Shown here: positions 1 to 12,376 of the stretch, piece after piece
Position numbering within the stretch: position 1 is the stretch's first letter
Layout of the letters: every line of letters begins with the position of its first letter
Origin: Octopus vulgaris
Taxonomy: Eukaryota
Reading direction: 5' to 3'
NCBI GenBank assembly: GCA_951406725.2
Contig: OX597828.1
Location: forward strand, 8,060,001 to 8,124,000
Length of the DNA: 64,000 bases
The notes under the pieces: generated by a model
The model's input: only the letters and a program-made list of their open reading frames with translations
Told to the model about the DNA's origin: nothing
Database searches by the model: none
Translations under genes and position numbers: made by a program

Positions 1-48
<48 letters not shown>

Positions 49-52
<4 letters not shown>

Positions 53-322
53 CAAAATGGGACAAGAACGCAAAACATCCAGACAGTTAGGTAATACAAG
101 AAAGGGAGAACAAAATATTCAGATTGATGATACAAAGAAAACAAGGACAGGTCATTCGGAGTTTTCTTTCCTCAGTCGAGTTCCAGATTATCTTTGCAAT
201 TTTGGTTGGTTATACTCGAGATTGCTCCAATCTGGCGAGCCCCATGAAAAGAAGTAAGCTAACAGCATTAGACTCCTTGAAAGAAAGCAGCGAATGTATA
301 CGAAAACAAGGACGGACAAGAA
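49..322 (-). mobile_element. Interspersed repeat between (TA)n tracts, probably a non-autonomous Penelope-like terminal repeat, carrying a rearranged hammerhead-like motif
   Basis: Complex sequence bounded by microsatellites on both sides. The minus strand has CUGAGGA and AUC motifs with complementary stems. Its end (gttcttgtccca) resembles the end of the 54225-55006 element (gtcctgtaccca). Confidence 0.5.
169..235 (-). ncRNA. Putative permuted/pseudoknotted hammerhead-like ribozyme (predicted G12 is A in this copy)
   Basis: Minus strand reads CCAGAUU-gga-GCAAU-C-UCGAGU-auaaccaacc-aaa-AUUGC-aaagau-AAUCUGG-a-ACUCGA-CUGAGGA, giving three complementary pairs around hammerhead core motifs. Confidence 0.4.
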
Positions 323-325
323 CGC

Positions 326-393
<68 letters not shown>

Positions 394-564
394 GTGTATG
401 TATATAAAATATTATTTATTATTATTTATAAATATTCTTACATTTACTTTTTACTTCAAGCAACATGAGCCAAAATCTGTGACCCTTTTGGGATATCGAA
501 TTTTGTGTAAATGGTTCCTATTTCACACTCACTTTCTTTCTGGAAGTCTGTATTAGTTTGAGTG

Positions 565-611
<47 letters not shown>

Positions 612-1122
612 TGTATGTGTGTGTGTGTGTGTGTGTGTGAGTTTGTGTGTGTGTGAGTTTGTGAGTGTTTTTACGCGTGTGTGTAAAATGATCATTAACA
701 CACATTCGAATTCATCGTTGTTTTGTACATCCAGTTCACTCAAATCTGATCATTCAAATCTGTGATTAACGACATTTCTGTTCTCACCACCCAGGATGCC
801 GCAAGAAAAAAAGAGTCACTGAAGTTTCTCATCTTTGATAAGTGATGTGTTTACTGATTTGTATAAATCCTTAACTTGTGTTACATACTAATTGATTTGC
901 TTCCTACCGTGGGGCAAAGAGAGAGAGAGAGAGAGAGAGGAGGTAGAGAGAAAGAAAGAGGTAGTGAGAGAGAAGCGAGAGATGCTGTCGTAAGAGTCTA
1001 CTGTGCAAAATGACTCGTCCTTAATATATTAATCTCCTAGGTATGAACTTTGATTGTAGAATTTGACAGGATTTGGATTCGGTTCACTTCATCACGAATA
1101 TATTTATAGAGAATATATTGAA

Positions 1123-1335
1123 TTCAGATTTTGGCACAAGGCCAATAAAGTTTTGAGAAGAGTTAAGTCGATTACAGCTAAATCCAGTGCTCAACTGGTA
1201 CCAATTTTATCAACTCTGGAAAGATGAGAGGTAAAGTCGATCTCAGCGGAATTTGAACTCGGAATGTAATGACGAAGCGGAATGCCGCTACGCATTTTCC
1301 CCGATGGGCTAATGATTCTACCAGCATGCAGACTT
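1123..1335 (-). mobile_element. tRNA-derived SINE family B (Meta-domain-like core), diverged
   Basis: Reverse complement matches the copies at 29868 and 35303 (gagttcaaattccgc B-box, tttcatc...gataaa..gtaccag core). Confidence 0.8.
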
Positions 1336-1433
1336 AACTATAGTAAGTATATCGGCACATCGTTCAGAGCCTTATTTCGTCTAAAAGTTTCCCAGGTTCG
1401 TTTTGAAGCAAAAAAAAAAAAAAAAATTCATAC

Positions 1434-1842
1434 GGCATAAGAGTGGCTGTGTGGTAAGTAGCTTCCTTACGAACCACATGGTTCCGGGTTCAGTCCCACT
1501 ACGTAGCGCCTTGGGCAAGTGTCTTCGTCTATAGCCTCGGGCTAACCAAAGCCTTGTGAGTGGATTTGGTAGACGGAAACTGAAAGAAGCCCGTCGTATA
1601 TATGTATGTGCGTGTGTATATGTTTGTGTGTCTGTGTTTGTCCCCCCAACATCACTTGACAACTGATGCTGGTGTCTTTACGTCCCCGTAACTTAGCGGT
1701 TCGGCAAAAGAGATCGATAGAATGAGTACTAGGCTTACAAAGAATAAGTCTTGGGGTCGATTTGCTCGACTAAATGCGGTGCTCCAGCATGGCCGCAGTC
1801 AAATGACTGAAACAAATAAAGAGTAAAAGAGAGTAGAGAGTA
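1434..1842 (+). mobile_element. tRNA-derived CORE-type SINE family A (octopus OR-like), full length
   Basis: Has an A/B-box-like head (gtggctgtgtggtaag...gggttcagtccc), CORE-like ccttgggcaagtg, an internal microsatellite and a 3' cagtcaaatgactg hairpin with an aaagagt tail. Multiple copies in the window. Confidence 0.9.
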
Positions 1843-3150
1843 TAACCTCATTGGAACAAGTTTAACGAAGGAGTAGTCAATTGTTGTTAGTTTTATTTTT
1901 TGAGTGCCCCATCATTTTATCAACTCCAGAAGGTAAGTTTAACCTCAACGTGGTTTGAAATGAGAATATAAGAAAACATGATTAAATGCAGCAGACCTTT
2001 TTATTTTTCCCCGCCCTATTAATCCTGCTAATCTACTACCTTGGATTGAAGTAGAGGTGAATGAATTATGCAATCTTTAGACCCACAGATTGAAGAAAAC
2101 ATCATGGTAATATTAAAAGGAATTATGTGGTGAGAACTTATATGTCTGAGTGATAAAATGTAGTTTGTAAGAAACCGAATGAAAGAAAACAACAATAAAA
2201 CAAAATAACGGCTACAATAGTTGTCTATTCTCACATTAAATTAGTGCCTTTCTTGCAATTAATGTCTATTCAACTTGAAGATTAGTAATTAAAAATTACC
2301 TTCAGCGCCCGTCATTTTCTTTCTTTTTGCTAAAGGGACAAGTCTTAAATCACGTCGTTTTCGAATATATATCAAGTGGTTGTCGTCTTATTTATGATTT
2401 TCTGTACACGAAAATAGGTTCTAGGTATCTTTATCAAGAAGTTAATCTTTCCATTATTAAATTTGTCATGGTAAGCAATTATAAATTTTCTCTTATCATG
2501 AAATCTATCAATTGTTGCCTCTATCAGTCAGTTACTCCTCAATTTGTCTTGTTTACCCTTCGTTTCCTTTGTTTTCATTGTTCAAACTTATCGCATTCTC
2601 CTTCACTAACAACACTGAAGGACTGCGAAAGTGAAAGTAGATTTCTGAAGATGTACATTATACTTCGAAATATACTTCAAACATGGTAGTTGGTTGGTTG
2701 AGATGGCATCACATTGTATTCTCTTCTTCATATTCAAGTAAACAATTGTTGTTCTTTCTCTTTTTTAACTAACGTAGGTGAAAATATTGTTAGTTGAATT
2801 TTCCCCCCAGTGATAGAAATAAGAATTCATTGAATTTCTAAAATTCTGAATAATCAAAATTGAACAGAAATAAAGAAACAAACGCAGAAAATCTATCAGT
2901 ATACAGAAATAAGGATTATTTCTTTATTAAACGTACCTTAGACACTGACAAATCTGTTATGGCACACTCGATTAAATACATTACAACACTTTTCTCTTAC
3001 GTTCTCAGCTTAACAAAAAGGAATAGAATTTATTTTCCATCACAGCAGTATCAATAAACCAAGAAGAATGTATTAGTTTTAATTTCATCGATCATAAAAT
3101 TCTGTAAAGCAATCATATATATAAGCTCTGGTTATCGTGAACTTGCTCTA

Positions 3151-3387
3151 ACTCTTTTACTCTTTTACTTCTTTCAGTCATGTGACTGTGGTCATGCTGG
3201 AGCACCGCCTTTAGTCGAGCAAATCGTCCCCAGGTCTTATTCTTTGTAAGCCTAGTACTTATTTTATCGGTCTCTTTTGCCGAACCGCCAGGTTACGGGG
3301 ACATAAACACAGCAGCATCGGTTGACAAGCGATGTTGGTGGGACAAACATAGACACACAGACATTTACATACACTTACACACACACA

Positions 3388-3445
<58 letters not shown>

Positions 3446-3578
3446 TATGAAGGGTTTCTTTCAGTTTCCGTCTACCAAATCCACTCACAATGCTTTGGAC
3501 GGCCCGAGGCTATAGTAGAAGACACTTGCCCAAAGTACCACGTGGTTGGTAAGCAAGCTACTTAGCAGACAGCCACTT
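3151..3578 (-). mobile_element. SINE family A, B-box region deleted
   Basis: Reverse-complement match to 1434-1842, lacking about 25 bp near 3541. Confidence 0.88.
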
Positions 3579-5264
3579 ATTTCAATATTTTCATGTAATT
3601 TAGAAGCTTTCCTGCACAGGTAAGAAACCATATGGTTACTAACCCGTGGACAATGCTCACGTGGTGCATTGACTCATTATTCCTTTTATATTTTGCTGCC
3701 CATGAAAGTAAACAACTGAGTAGTTTGTTTTTCAAAAGTTAATGGCGATGCAAATTCATAAGGGGTGAACTTTGAGCCAAAATATATCTGCAGCAAGATT
3801 ATTTGTATGGATGCGTGCACTTCTGTATATGGGTATATGAGAATGTAATTGATGATTATTATGATGGCAAACAACAGTTACATTTTGAACAACCTTATAT
3901 GCATTTATAATAAAGCTTTTATTCAACACTGCTTTACATAGAACTTCCAAATTAAGTTGCAATTTTACGCTGACCAGTATTTTGTGCAAAGTTCAGAAAG
4001 CTTTGAGATCAGATCAGTTGCTAAATTGGCAAATTCATCAATGATTGTTGAATATCAATTTCTGATTTTTAATGAAGTTGCCTCGTTTGAGCATATACTT
4101 GATAAGTTAATGCACAAGATACAATAAGAAATGTAAATTCCGGGGAAACTGGAAACCGTTGACGAAATTTTCTTCAGCTTTTTGTATCCGCTTTCTCTGG
4201 AAAGCTCATTTAGGATACTCTTACAATAGTGTATGGCTACAACCCTGCTTAAATAGGTGTAAATCACTATCAGCCAATCTAAGAAGAATGGCCCAGTAAT
4301 TCTCTATTAATGTCTGCTCATAAGGATAAAAATCTTGTGTGGTTATTAAACGAAATTCCATTGAACCGGAAATTTGCATAGTAGTACAAACACACGTTGT
4401 AGGTTTACTTAATTCTTATAGTTTCATGAGGGTTATCTGCAGCCTAAAATACACACCTACGCGTGATGACACTGTGTACACGGAATAATGTCTCATTTTA
4501 CAAAATCATGTCATAAATAGGACAATTAACTTTAATAGAGTATAACATACTCGAAAAACTGAAACCGGTAACCAACATCATCCCTATTTCGTGTTTTCAT
4601 GAGTCTAGCGATGAAATTCTTATATTTAAATCTGTCAGTGTATGCCGCAATGATAATTTGTTGATATTAAACTAAGTTGAAGCAGGGAGTGAAACATTTA
4701 GTATCAGGTAGTTTAGAGCTATTTATCTACATGCACATGAGTATGAAAACCAAGGACCTTAATTTCTGACCTAGGAAGTTTAATGATCTTATGTAAACGG
4801 ATAATGAGATTTCTATTTCCTTCTGCGTGATAAAGTTTATGGCAATCCAACACAAAAATTCATCTCAAAAAAGTTGAGTAACTAAAAGTATTAAAATTAT
4901 GTCCGCTGTAGATGAAGCTAATAGTCCAGATAATTATAATGTCAATAACAAGAATTTATCACAAAACAATGGCGATTTAATCAAAATAGTGCATAAAAAT
5001 GCATTCAGTAAATACCGAGCATCAATATCCGGTGAATCTGCATCGTTGGTCTACACAGATATAACTTTTGTAAACAAGTTTTCCCTTCATTTACTGATCA
5101 ACTGTACAACATTGCATTTAATGGATGCTATAAACTTGTCTTATTTTTCTGTTTTATATATTTAAAAAAGAAGATAAAAATATACGGCTAACGTAACCGC
5201 ATTAAAATGTACAGTCAGAATCTCCTTGGCAACAGTAGTTATCAGGTAATGCATTTATTTATAC

Positions 5265-5342
<78 letters not shown>

Positions 5343-5353
5343 TATACATATAC

Positions 5354-5385
<32 letters not shown>

Positions 5386-5614
5386 GTATGCATGTATGTA
5401 TGTATGTATGTATTTGACGCTATTTATTCATGACCTTTATTGAGCAAAATCTACATTAATAAACAAAGAGTATTACATAAAGAAAAAAAAGTAAATAAAT
5501 AAATTATGATGAAGGTGACAATGATGAAGATGAAGCTGAAGAAATGGATGATAGATGAAAAGCGAAGACGATTAAAAGACGAAGACAACGATGATGAGAA
5601 AGGTGACGATGACG

Positions 5615-5753
5615 AAGAAGAAGAAAGAAGAAGAAGAAGAAGAAGAAGAAGAAGAAGAAGAAGAAGAAGAAGAAGAAGAAGAAGAAGAAGAAGAAGAAGA
5701 AGAAGAAGAAGAAGAAGAAGAAGAAGAAGAAGAAGAAGAAGAAGAAGAAGAAG
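5615..5753. repeat. (AAG)n microsatellite
   Basis: Direct inspection; source of the poly-R/poly-S ORFs. Confidence 0.97.
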
Positions 5754-6141
5754 ATATATGATGGTGATGATTATGAAGGCGACAAAGAGGAGGAGAAAAG
5801 CCAGGGAAAATGGAGAGCATGGGTAGGGAAAGAGTTACACCAACAAAGACATCTACGATGACGTGAGAGAAAGCGGCGGAAAGTGTTGACGTCAATTGTT
5901 ATGGCATGTATGGCAAAGACGATATCAGATATAAATATATTTATATGAACGATATTGATATGTAAATATCTACAACAATATATGTAACTATATATTAGAA
6001 ATAAACCACATACGCGCGCGCATGCACACATGTACATATATAATTATATATACATACACACACACACAAATATATATGATCACATATTTCCATTGACATA
6101 CAGATATTCTTATAAAAATGTGCAAGCATAAACAGGCTGAA

Positions 6142-6173
<32 letters not shown>

Positions 6174-6797
6174 GTATATATGTATATATATATATATATA
6201 TATAAAAATATACATATATACATATATAATATATATATATATATATGTGTATGTATGTATGTATGTATGTATGTATGTATGTATGTATGTATGTATGTAT
6301 GTATGTATGTATCTCTCTATCTATTTATCTATGTATCTATCTATCTCTATATACACGTACATACACATACAGAAGAGGAGCAATTTTATGTACCACCGAA
6401 CTGACGTGAATAGCTACATGTATACACATTTAAGTGCACTGTACCTCTATATGCAGACATGCATAATACATCGAATATCTAAAACATTCATCTAAATATA
6501 TCGAATTCTATATATGTTCATATGTGAATGCATATTCATGTATGCGTCTATATGCATGTGCCTGTGTTTGTAAGTATATTTATAAATGCAAGAACTTGAG
6601 TGCATTTGCGTTTGAATGTAGACTTAAACTTCTTTTTTTTTTCTTGTTATTGTTATGGTTTCCTTTACGCCGACCATATATGAAGATATATTTGAATCTG
6701 AGTGGAAGACGCTGAGAGAAAAGAAAGGAACATATAAAGTGATTGTGTAAAGTAATAAAATCATATATGTATATATATATATATATAAATATATATG

Positions 6798-6858
<61 letters not shown>

Positions 6859-7024
6859 ATAGATATATACAATACATACATACATACATACATACATACA
6901 TACATACATACATACATACATACATGTATAACCCGGACTTTAGAGTGACGTCTAAAGTGATGTAATAATAATCAGTGAGTGTCGCGTAAGCAACATTGAA
7001 TCTACTGGGGAAATGGTGAGGGTA

Positions 7025-7081
<57 letters not shown>

Positions 7082-7671
7082 TATGCATGCCTGTGTGTAT
7101 GTCCGTGTGTGGTTGTCTAAATACATATATATGTATGTATGTGTGTATGTATAAACATTTAAATGATGAATGGTGCCTAAATGAAGGAATGGTCGGATCA
7201 GATAAAGAACACAGAGAAAAGATGAGAATATAAAGGAAAACGATAAAATTCCTAGAGAGTAAAAAATGAGAGTTAAATGGATAGTGAAAAATAGAAAATG
7301 GAAAGTGGAATGTTAAAGTGAAAATAATAAAAACGCTAACGACGTTTTGATACTAATGTATTACTCTATGTCTCTGAACGAGTGTGTGTGTGTGTGTGTG
7401 CGTGTGTGTATTCCATTTCTTCCCCCCTGTCTTCATATAAGCATATACATATATTTATTCAGACACACATGCGTACATAAACACATACACACACATACAC
7501 ACACACTCACATATACACATATATTGGGTGCGTACGGAGCCATGTAAGAATTGATGTCGTGTTCAATTCCCAGTAGTTCGGCCCATCTTCTTTCTGTCAA
7601 TCGTTTAGGTTTAGTCACTTTAAATGGGTCATATATTATTACTTAAACACTACATACATACATACACACAC

Positions 7672-7710
<39 letters not shown>

Positions 7711-7766
7711 CACATACACACACACACACACATATATATATATAACTTCGGATACGTATATACATA

Positions 7767-7804
<38 letters not shown>

Positions 7805-7806
<2 letters not shown>

Positions 7807-7998
7807 CTCAGAGTTTCACGTTCCCGTTCGTCGGACAGTTTGTTAAAAACAAAACTCTCCGACGAACGGGAACGTGAAACTCCGAGTAACAGCTTTTGTT
7901 AAATTTCTGCTGCTTTTAAATAAAACATATTACTCTACCGCTGGTATTTGAGTACTCTTTTCTCCACCTTGTTTCACATTTATGTGTTTACTCCGGTA
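7805..7998. mobile_element. Foldback (inverted-arm) Penelope-like repeat with a minimal hammerhead on each strand, in (TA)n
   Basis: 7805-7844 is the reverse complement of 7848-7888. Homologous copies lie at 10516-10702 and 55686-56022. Confidence 0.75.
7848..7900 (+). ncRNA. Minimal type I hammerhead ribozyme-like motif (U4C core variant)
   Basis: AACAAAA-CUCU / CCGACGA / ACG-GGAA-CGU / GAAA / CUC-C-GAG / UA / ACAG-c-UUUUGUU: stem I, stem II with a GNRA loop, near-palindromic stem III, GUA site. Confidence 0.6.
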
Positions 7999-8748
7999 TA
8001 TATATATATATATACATATGTGTGTGTTTTGTGTGTGTGTGTGTTTCTGTGTGTACAAAGTTGTATATATACACGTGTCTATGCATTGTGTATGAATGAT
8101 ATTCCGTAGTTTGTTGTATGACTAAGGGCTAACGTAATATCTCCTAATAACAGCTCTGACGATGTACACCACGAGTTATTAAATAGTTTGCCTAGATGAA
8201 CTAAAATTATACCGCTTGTAGCATTGCCTCCCCCGACCCGCACGCACTCATACACATGCATACACAGTGACACGCATGCACACAGATTGGATAACTTATG
8301 TAATTAAAAATTAATCTAATGTTATAGCTTCGTAATATCTAATTATCAATTGGTTTCGTGCCAGAAATTGAGGATCAACTCGGTCAGTCGTCAGATATAG
8401 TTGAAGTGAACAGCATGGAATTGGCTTTATCACTGGACGACTGAAAAATATGACATTCTGTTTATGGGTCTTACAGGTCTTGTCAAAATATATCGTGGTA
8501 AAAATTTACGCTGGTCAAATACAAGGAGAGAAAATATTTACTTCACTGGAATTGTGGTGCTTGCATGGAGACCAAAACTATTCCCCTTGATAAAGAAAAT
8601 AGTTTCTTGCAAGTTCGTGCTTGAACTGAGATGAAGACGGGTTGAGCTGAAGGTGTTTGAGATTAGGAATGAGTATCTGGGGTTTAGGTTTGATTTTAAA
8701 ATCACGTGGTTATGTACAAGCATGTGCTTATGTTTACATATATATATA

Positions 8749-9850
8749 CAGGGTCTTTCAAAAAAATTGATATCATTTCGCAATCTAATAATTTTGCAAG
8801 TTCTTGTTCAAATGACTTCAAATTTTAACAGCATGTGTAGAAACGGGTCAAAGTTTTATGTTTAATATTTGATATGCTTATCTTGTCAGGTTTAGAAATG
8901 GCATTCACTAGAAGAGGAAAGGCGTTTTGTGTGTTGGAGTATGCTCGAACACAGTCAACAAGAAGACTGAGCAGCATGTATTTTTGAGATTGTTCTCTAA
9001 AAAGGCACCAACGGCAATGCAGATTTAGACATGGCTCAAAAAAATTCAAAGAAGGTTATCTGTGCAGGGAAAAATGATCCGGACGACCAGTAACATTGGA
9101 AGAAACGATCGAGCGAGTTCGCCAAGATCTCTTGCGAAGCCTCACAAGAAATCCATAAGAAGAACAAGTTTCGAAACCCAGATACCTCCAGCAACAGTTT
9201 GGCGCGTTCTGAGGAAACGCTTGCTAATGAAACCCTACAAGCTGCAGCTCGTTCAGGTCATAACGGCAGTTGACAAGCGAAAACGCAAACAATTTTGTGT
9301 TGATATGCAAGTGACATTTGAAGAAGCCAAGTTCAAGGAACGTCTTATTTTCAGTGACGAGGCCACTCAATAAGTATAATGTTCGCATTTGTGGCGAAAA
9401 AAATCCCCATGCTACAGTTGAGCATGAGAAGGACTGATCAAAGTAAATGTGTTCTGCGCCATCTCCAAAAAGCATCTTCATGGCCCGTTTTTCTTTGAGG
9501 GTATGTGACCGGTGATGTTTATCTGCAGATGCTTGAGATCTGGCAAATGGATGTGCTCATTGCAAGTTAACATGAAGACTTCATCTTTTAACAGGACAGG
9601 GCTTCTCCTCACGGAAGCTCACTGTGCTTATCTCAATATCACCCTACGAGGGAGATGGATCAGGCGTGCTGGTGATGAAGACAATGTGCTGTTGAAATGC
9701 CCCCCCCCCCCACTTTCACCTGCCCTGACACCCTGCGATGGTTTTCTAAGTGGCTATGTGAAGGGCCTGATCTGTGTCCCCCTCTTCCCACAAACCTAGA
9801 GGAAAATGCTGCAGCGTGTTTGGGAGGAGCTGGAAATAAATCTTATGTGT
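8749..9850 (+). mobile_element. Decayed Tc1/mariner DNA transposon (DD37D/maT-like transposase pseudogene)
   Basis: TA-CAGGGT start; frameshifted motifs KAFCVLEYART, KSIRRTS..TVWRVLRKRL..KPYKLQLVQ, FSDEAT, SPALTPCDGFLSGYVKG. Confidence 0.85.
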
Positions 9851-10515
9851 CTCAAAATTAAGCCTGTTTAGTTTCATTTGCTTTCACTGTGTAGTTTCTG
9901 TGATATTAAAACACACCGTATTAAAGTTGGGTGTGTCAAATCCCATAGAAATTCCTCATATTGCTGTGAGGGGAAACACCAATAGAGGCAGAATGTTATA
10001 GCATATCTATGACCCAATCAGCCAGTTGGTCTAGTCATATATTCGTTCATGAAAGCAGTAGCAAAAATCTTAGACATGTTTAGACATTAGGTAGTCACTT
10101 GGGTGGATGAATTCTACAATTTGGCTTTGTTCTCAGCTAAGCGGTGGCTGTAACATCTACTCCAGCTGAAGTAAGTTTACCACGTTTCTAGCTTCTCTTT
10201 TTGTAACATGATGCACAATATTTTACTTCGATAAGCATATGTGAAAGCATATGCGATTCAGCAGAAGCTTCAAAAGTTTTGAACCATTTTTTGACGATTG
10301 CTTTGGTTTGGTTCTCCCCAAAATGGTATAAAACGGATTGGTAATTTAGCTGCTATGATCGCATAACATTATATTTGTCAACAATAATAATATAAAACTT
10401 CAATCAATTTATGATTACCTGTTTTGTGACTCTGATTTTTTTACAAATATATGCGTATGTATGCACATATAATATGCATATGTGCACACACACATGTAGA
10501 CACAAAAATATTTTT

Positions 10516-10702
10516 CTTTATTCATCAAGCTACAAAGATATCACAAAAACTGTTATTCAGTGTTTCACGTTCCCATTCGTCGAAGTTTTGGTTGAAACAT
10601 TCTCAACCAAAACTGCAGCTTTAATAATAAAGCATATTACTCTACTTCCTGCATTCGAGTATATTTTTTCACCTTGTTTCACATTTAGGTGCTTACTCTG
10701 GT
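10516..10702. mobile_element. Third, more diverged copy of the foldback hammerhead repeat
   Basis: Contains gtttcacgttcccattcgtcga and the tail catattactctac...caccttgtttcacattta...ttactctggta shared with 7805-7998. Confidence 0.7.
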
Positions 10703-10723
10703 ATATATATGTACATATGTATA

Positions 10724-10801
<78 letters not shown>

Positions 10802-10802
<1 letters not shown>

Positions 10803-11342
10803 GAGTGAGAGAGCAGTGCATGCCATCAAAGTGACACTGGGGTAAAATATACAAAGCCCAATATACCCATCATGACTACCCGTCTGATAAGGGCACACCA
10901 AGCACATGCATCACAACCATATGTGCGCGACATGGTGATCTCATATCAAGATAAACAGCACATGACCTTACAGGTGGGGCCCAGTTAGAATTTTCTTCAG
11001 GTTGAGTAGCCCATCCCGCTCAAACGGTCCCTGAATAAGGGTTGTTTAAGGATGTTGAAAAAACCACCCATGTTTCCAGAGGTGAATTATTCAAACCCCA
11101 AAGAATCCCTCTCAACACATGGCTATGATGCTCCCCACTACAGAGATGCACATATCGTCAGCCACTAAGGGACATGCTCAACTGGTTAAGGTCAAACAAC
11201 TGACAAGCAAATCTGTGGTATTGAGCAGAATATTTGCTGTAGCCCATCTTTTATACCAAGACAAAACAATGTACTTGATAACACTTCCAATCAGTTAAGA
11301 TCAGAAGCCATGAGAGCCACTGCCTGTTACTGCATCAGGGCA

Positions 11343-11343
<1 letters not shown>
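10802..11343 (-). mobile_element. ~540-bp non-coding repeat embedded in (AAT)n
   Basis: Highly similar inverted copy at 50561-51100. Both copies are flanked on both sides by (AAT)n. Confidence 0.9.
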
Positions 11344-11344
<1 letters not shown>

Positions 11345-11427
<83 letters not shown>

Positions 11428-11443
11428 GTTTTTGTTGTTGTTA

Positions 11444-11532
<89 letters not shown>

Positions 11533-11548
11533 GTTTTTGTTGTTGTTG

Positions 11549-11610
<62 letters not shown>
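11345..11610. repeat. (ATT)n/(GTT)n compound microsatellite
   Basis: Direct inspection; further (ATT)n/(AAT)n tracts at 10725-10801, 11832-12002 and 12286-12410. Confidence 0.97.
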
Positions 11611-11612
<2 letters not shown>

Positions 11613-11830
11613 GTTTGACTTTTGCTTTATATTTGTACAAGTTGGCTCCAAGTCTCACCCAGAGACCTCAAGAGACAACAGGTTGGAAGTTCACGTTGTT
11701 GTTATGCCTAGTGTGCCATATATTTGGTTGTTTTTTTTGGGTGTTGTACTAGTGGATGTCTAAAAAAAAATTGTTTGTTTTAAACTTTGAGATTACATAG
11801 AAAGTATTTTGCGTAGGATATGAGCAGTTG
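11611..11830 (-). mobile_element. 3' end of an R4/Dong-type non-LTR retrotransposon
   Basis: Minus strand encodes TAHILRKILSM*, then a 3' UTR and (AAT)n. The same TAHI C-terminal motif ends the 49385-50216 element. Confidence 0.7.
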
Positions 11831-11840
11831 TTTATTGTTA

Positions 11841-11910
<70 letters not shown>

Positions 11911-11918
11911 CATTATTA

Positions 11919-12004
<86 letters not shown>

Positions 12005-12284
12005 AGGTGAGTAGAACGAATATTTTCTACATCTATAATATACAATTATTTACAGCATTCTTCCTTGGCCCTTTCGGCTGCATCAACTGCACACTGTTAT
12101 GTGTGTATCTTGGTGTTAATTTTCGATGCAGTTTCTTCAGGGTCCGTTATTTACTGCCATTCGATGTTAGTCTAAAGAAATTACGAGGCTGCCTGAATAA
12201 TAAGTGTCTTTTAGGTGCTGGTGTTACTATAAACGGTTGTATTATTCTGTATCCAAAGTCAATAAATTAATAATTGTTAATACA

Positions 12285-12376
<92 letters not shown>

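Noticed and set aside
4899-5165. 88-aa plus-strand ORF as a gene
   Set aside because: No recognisable domain or supporting gene structure.
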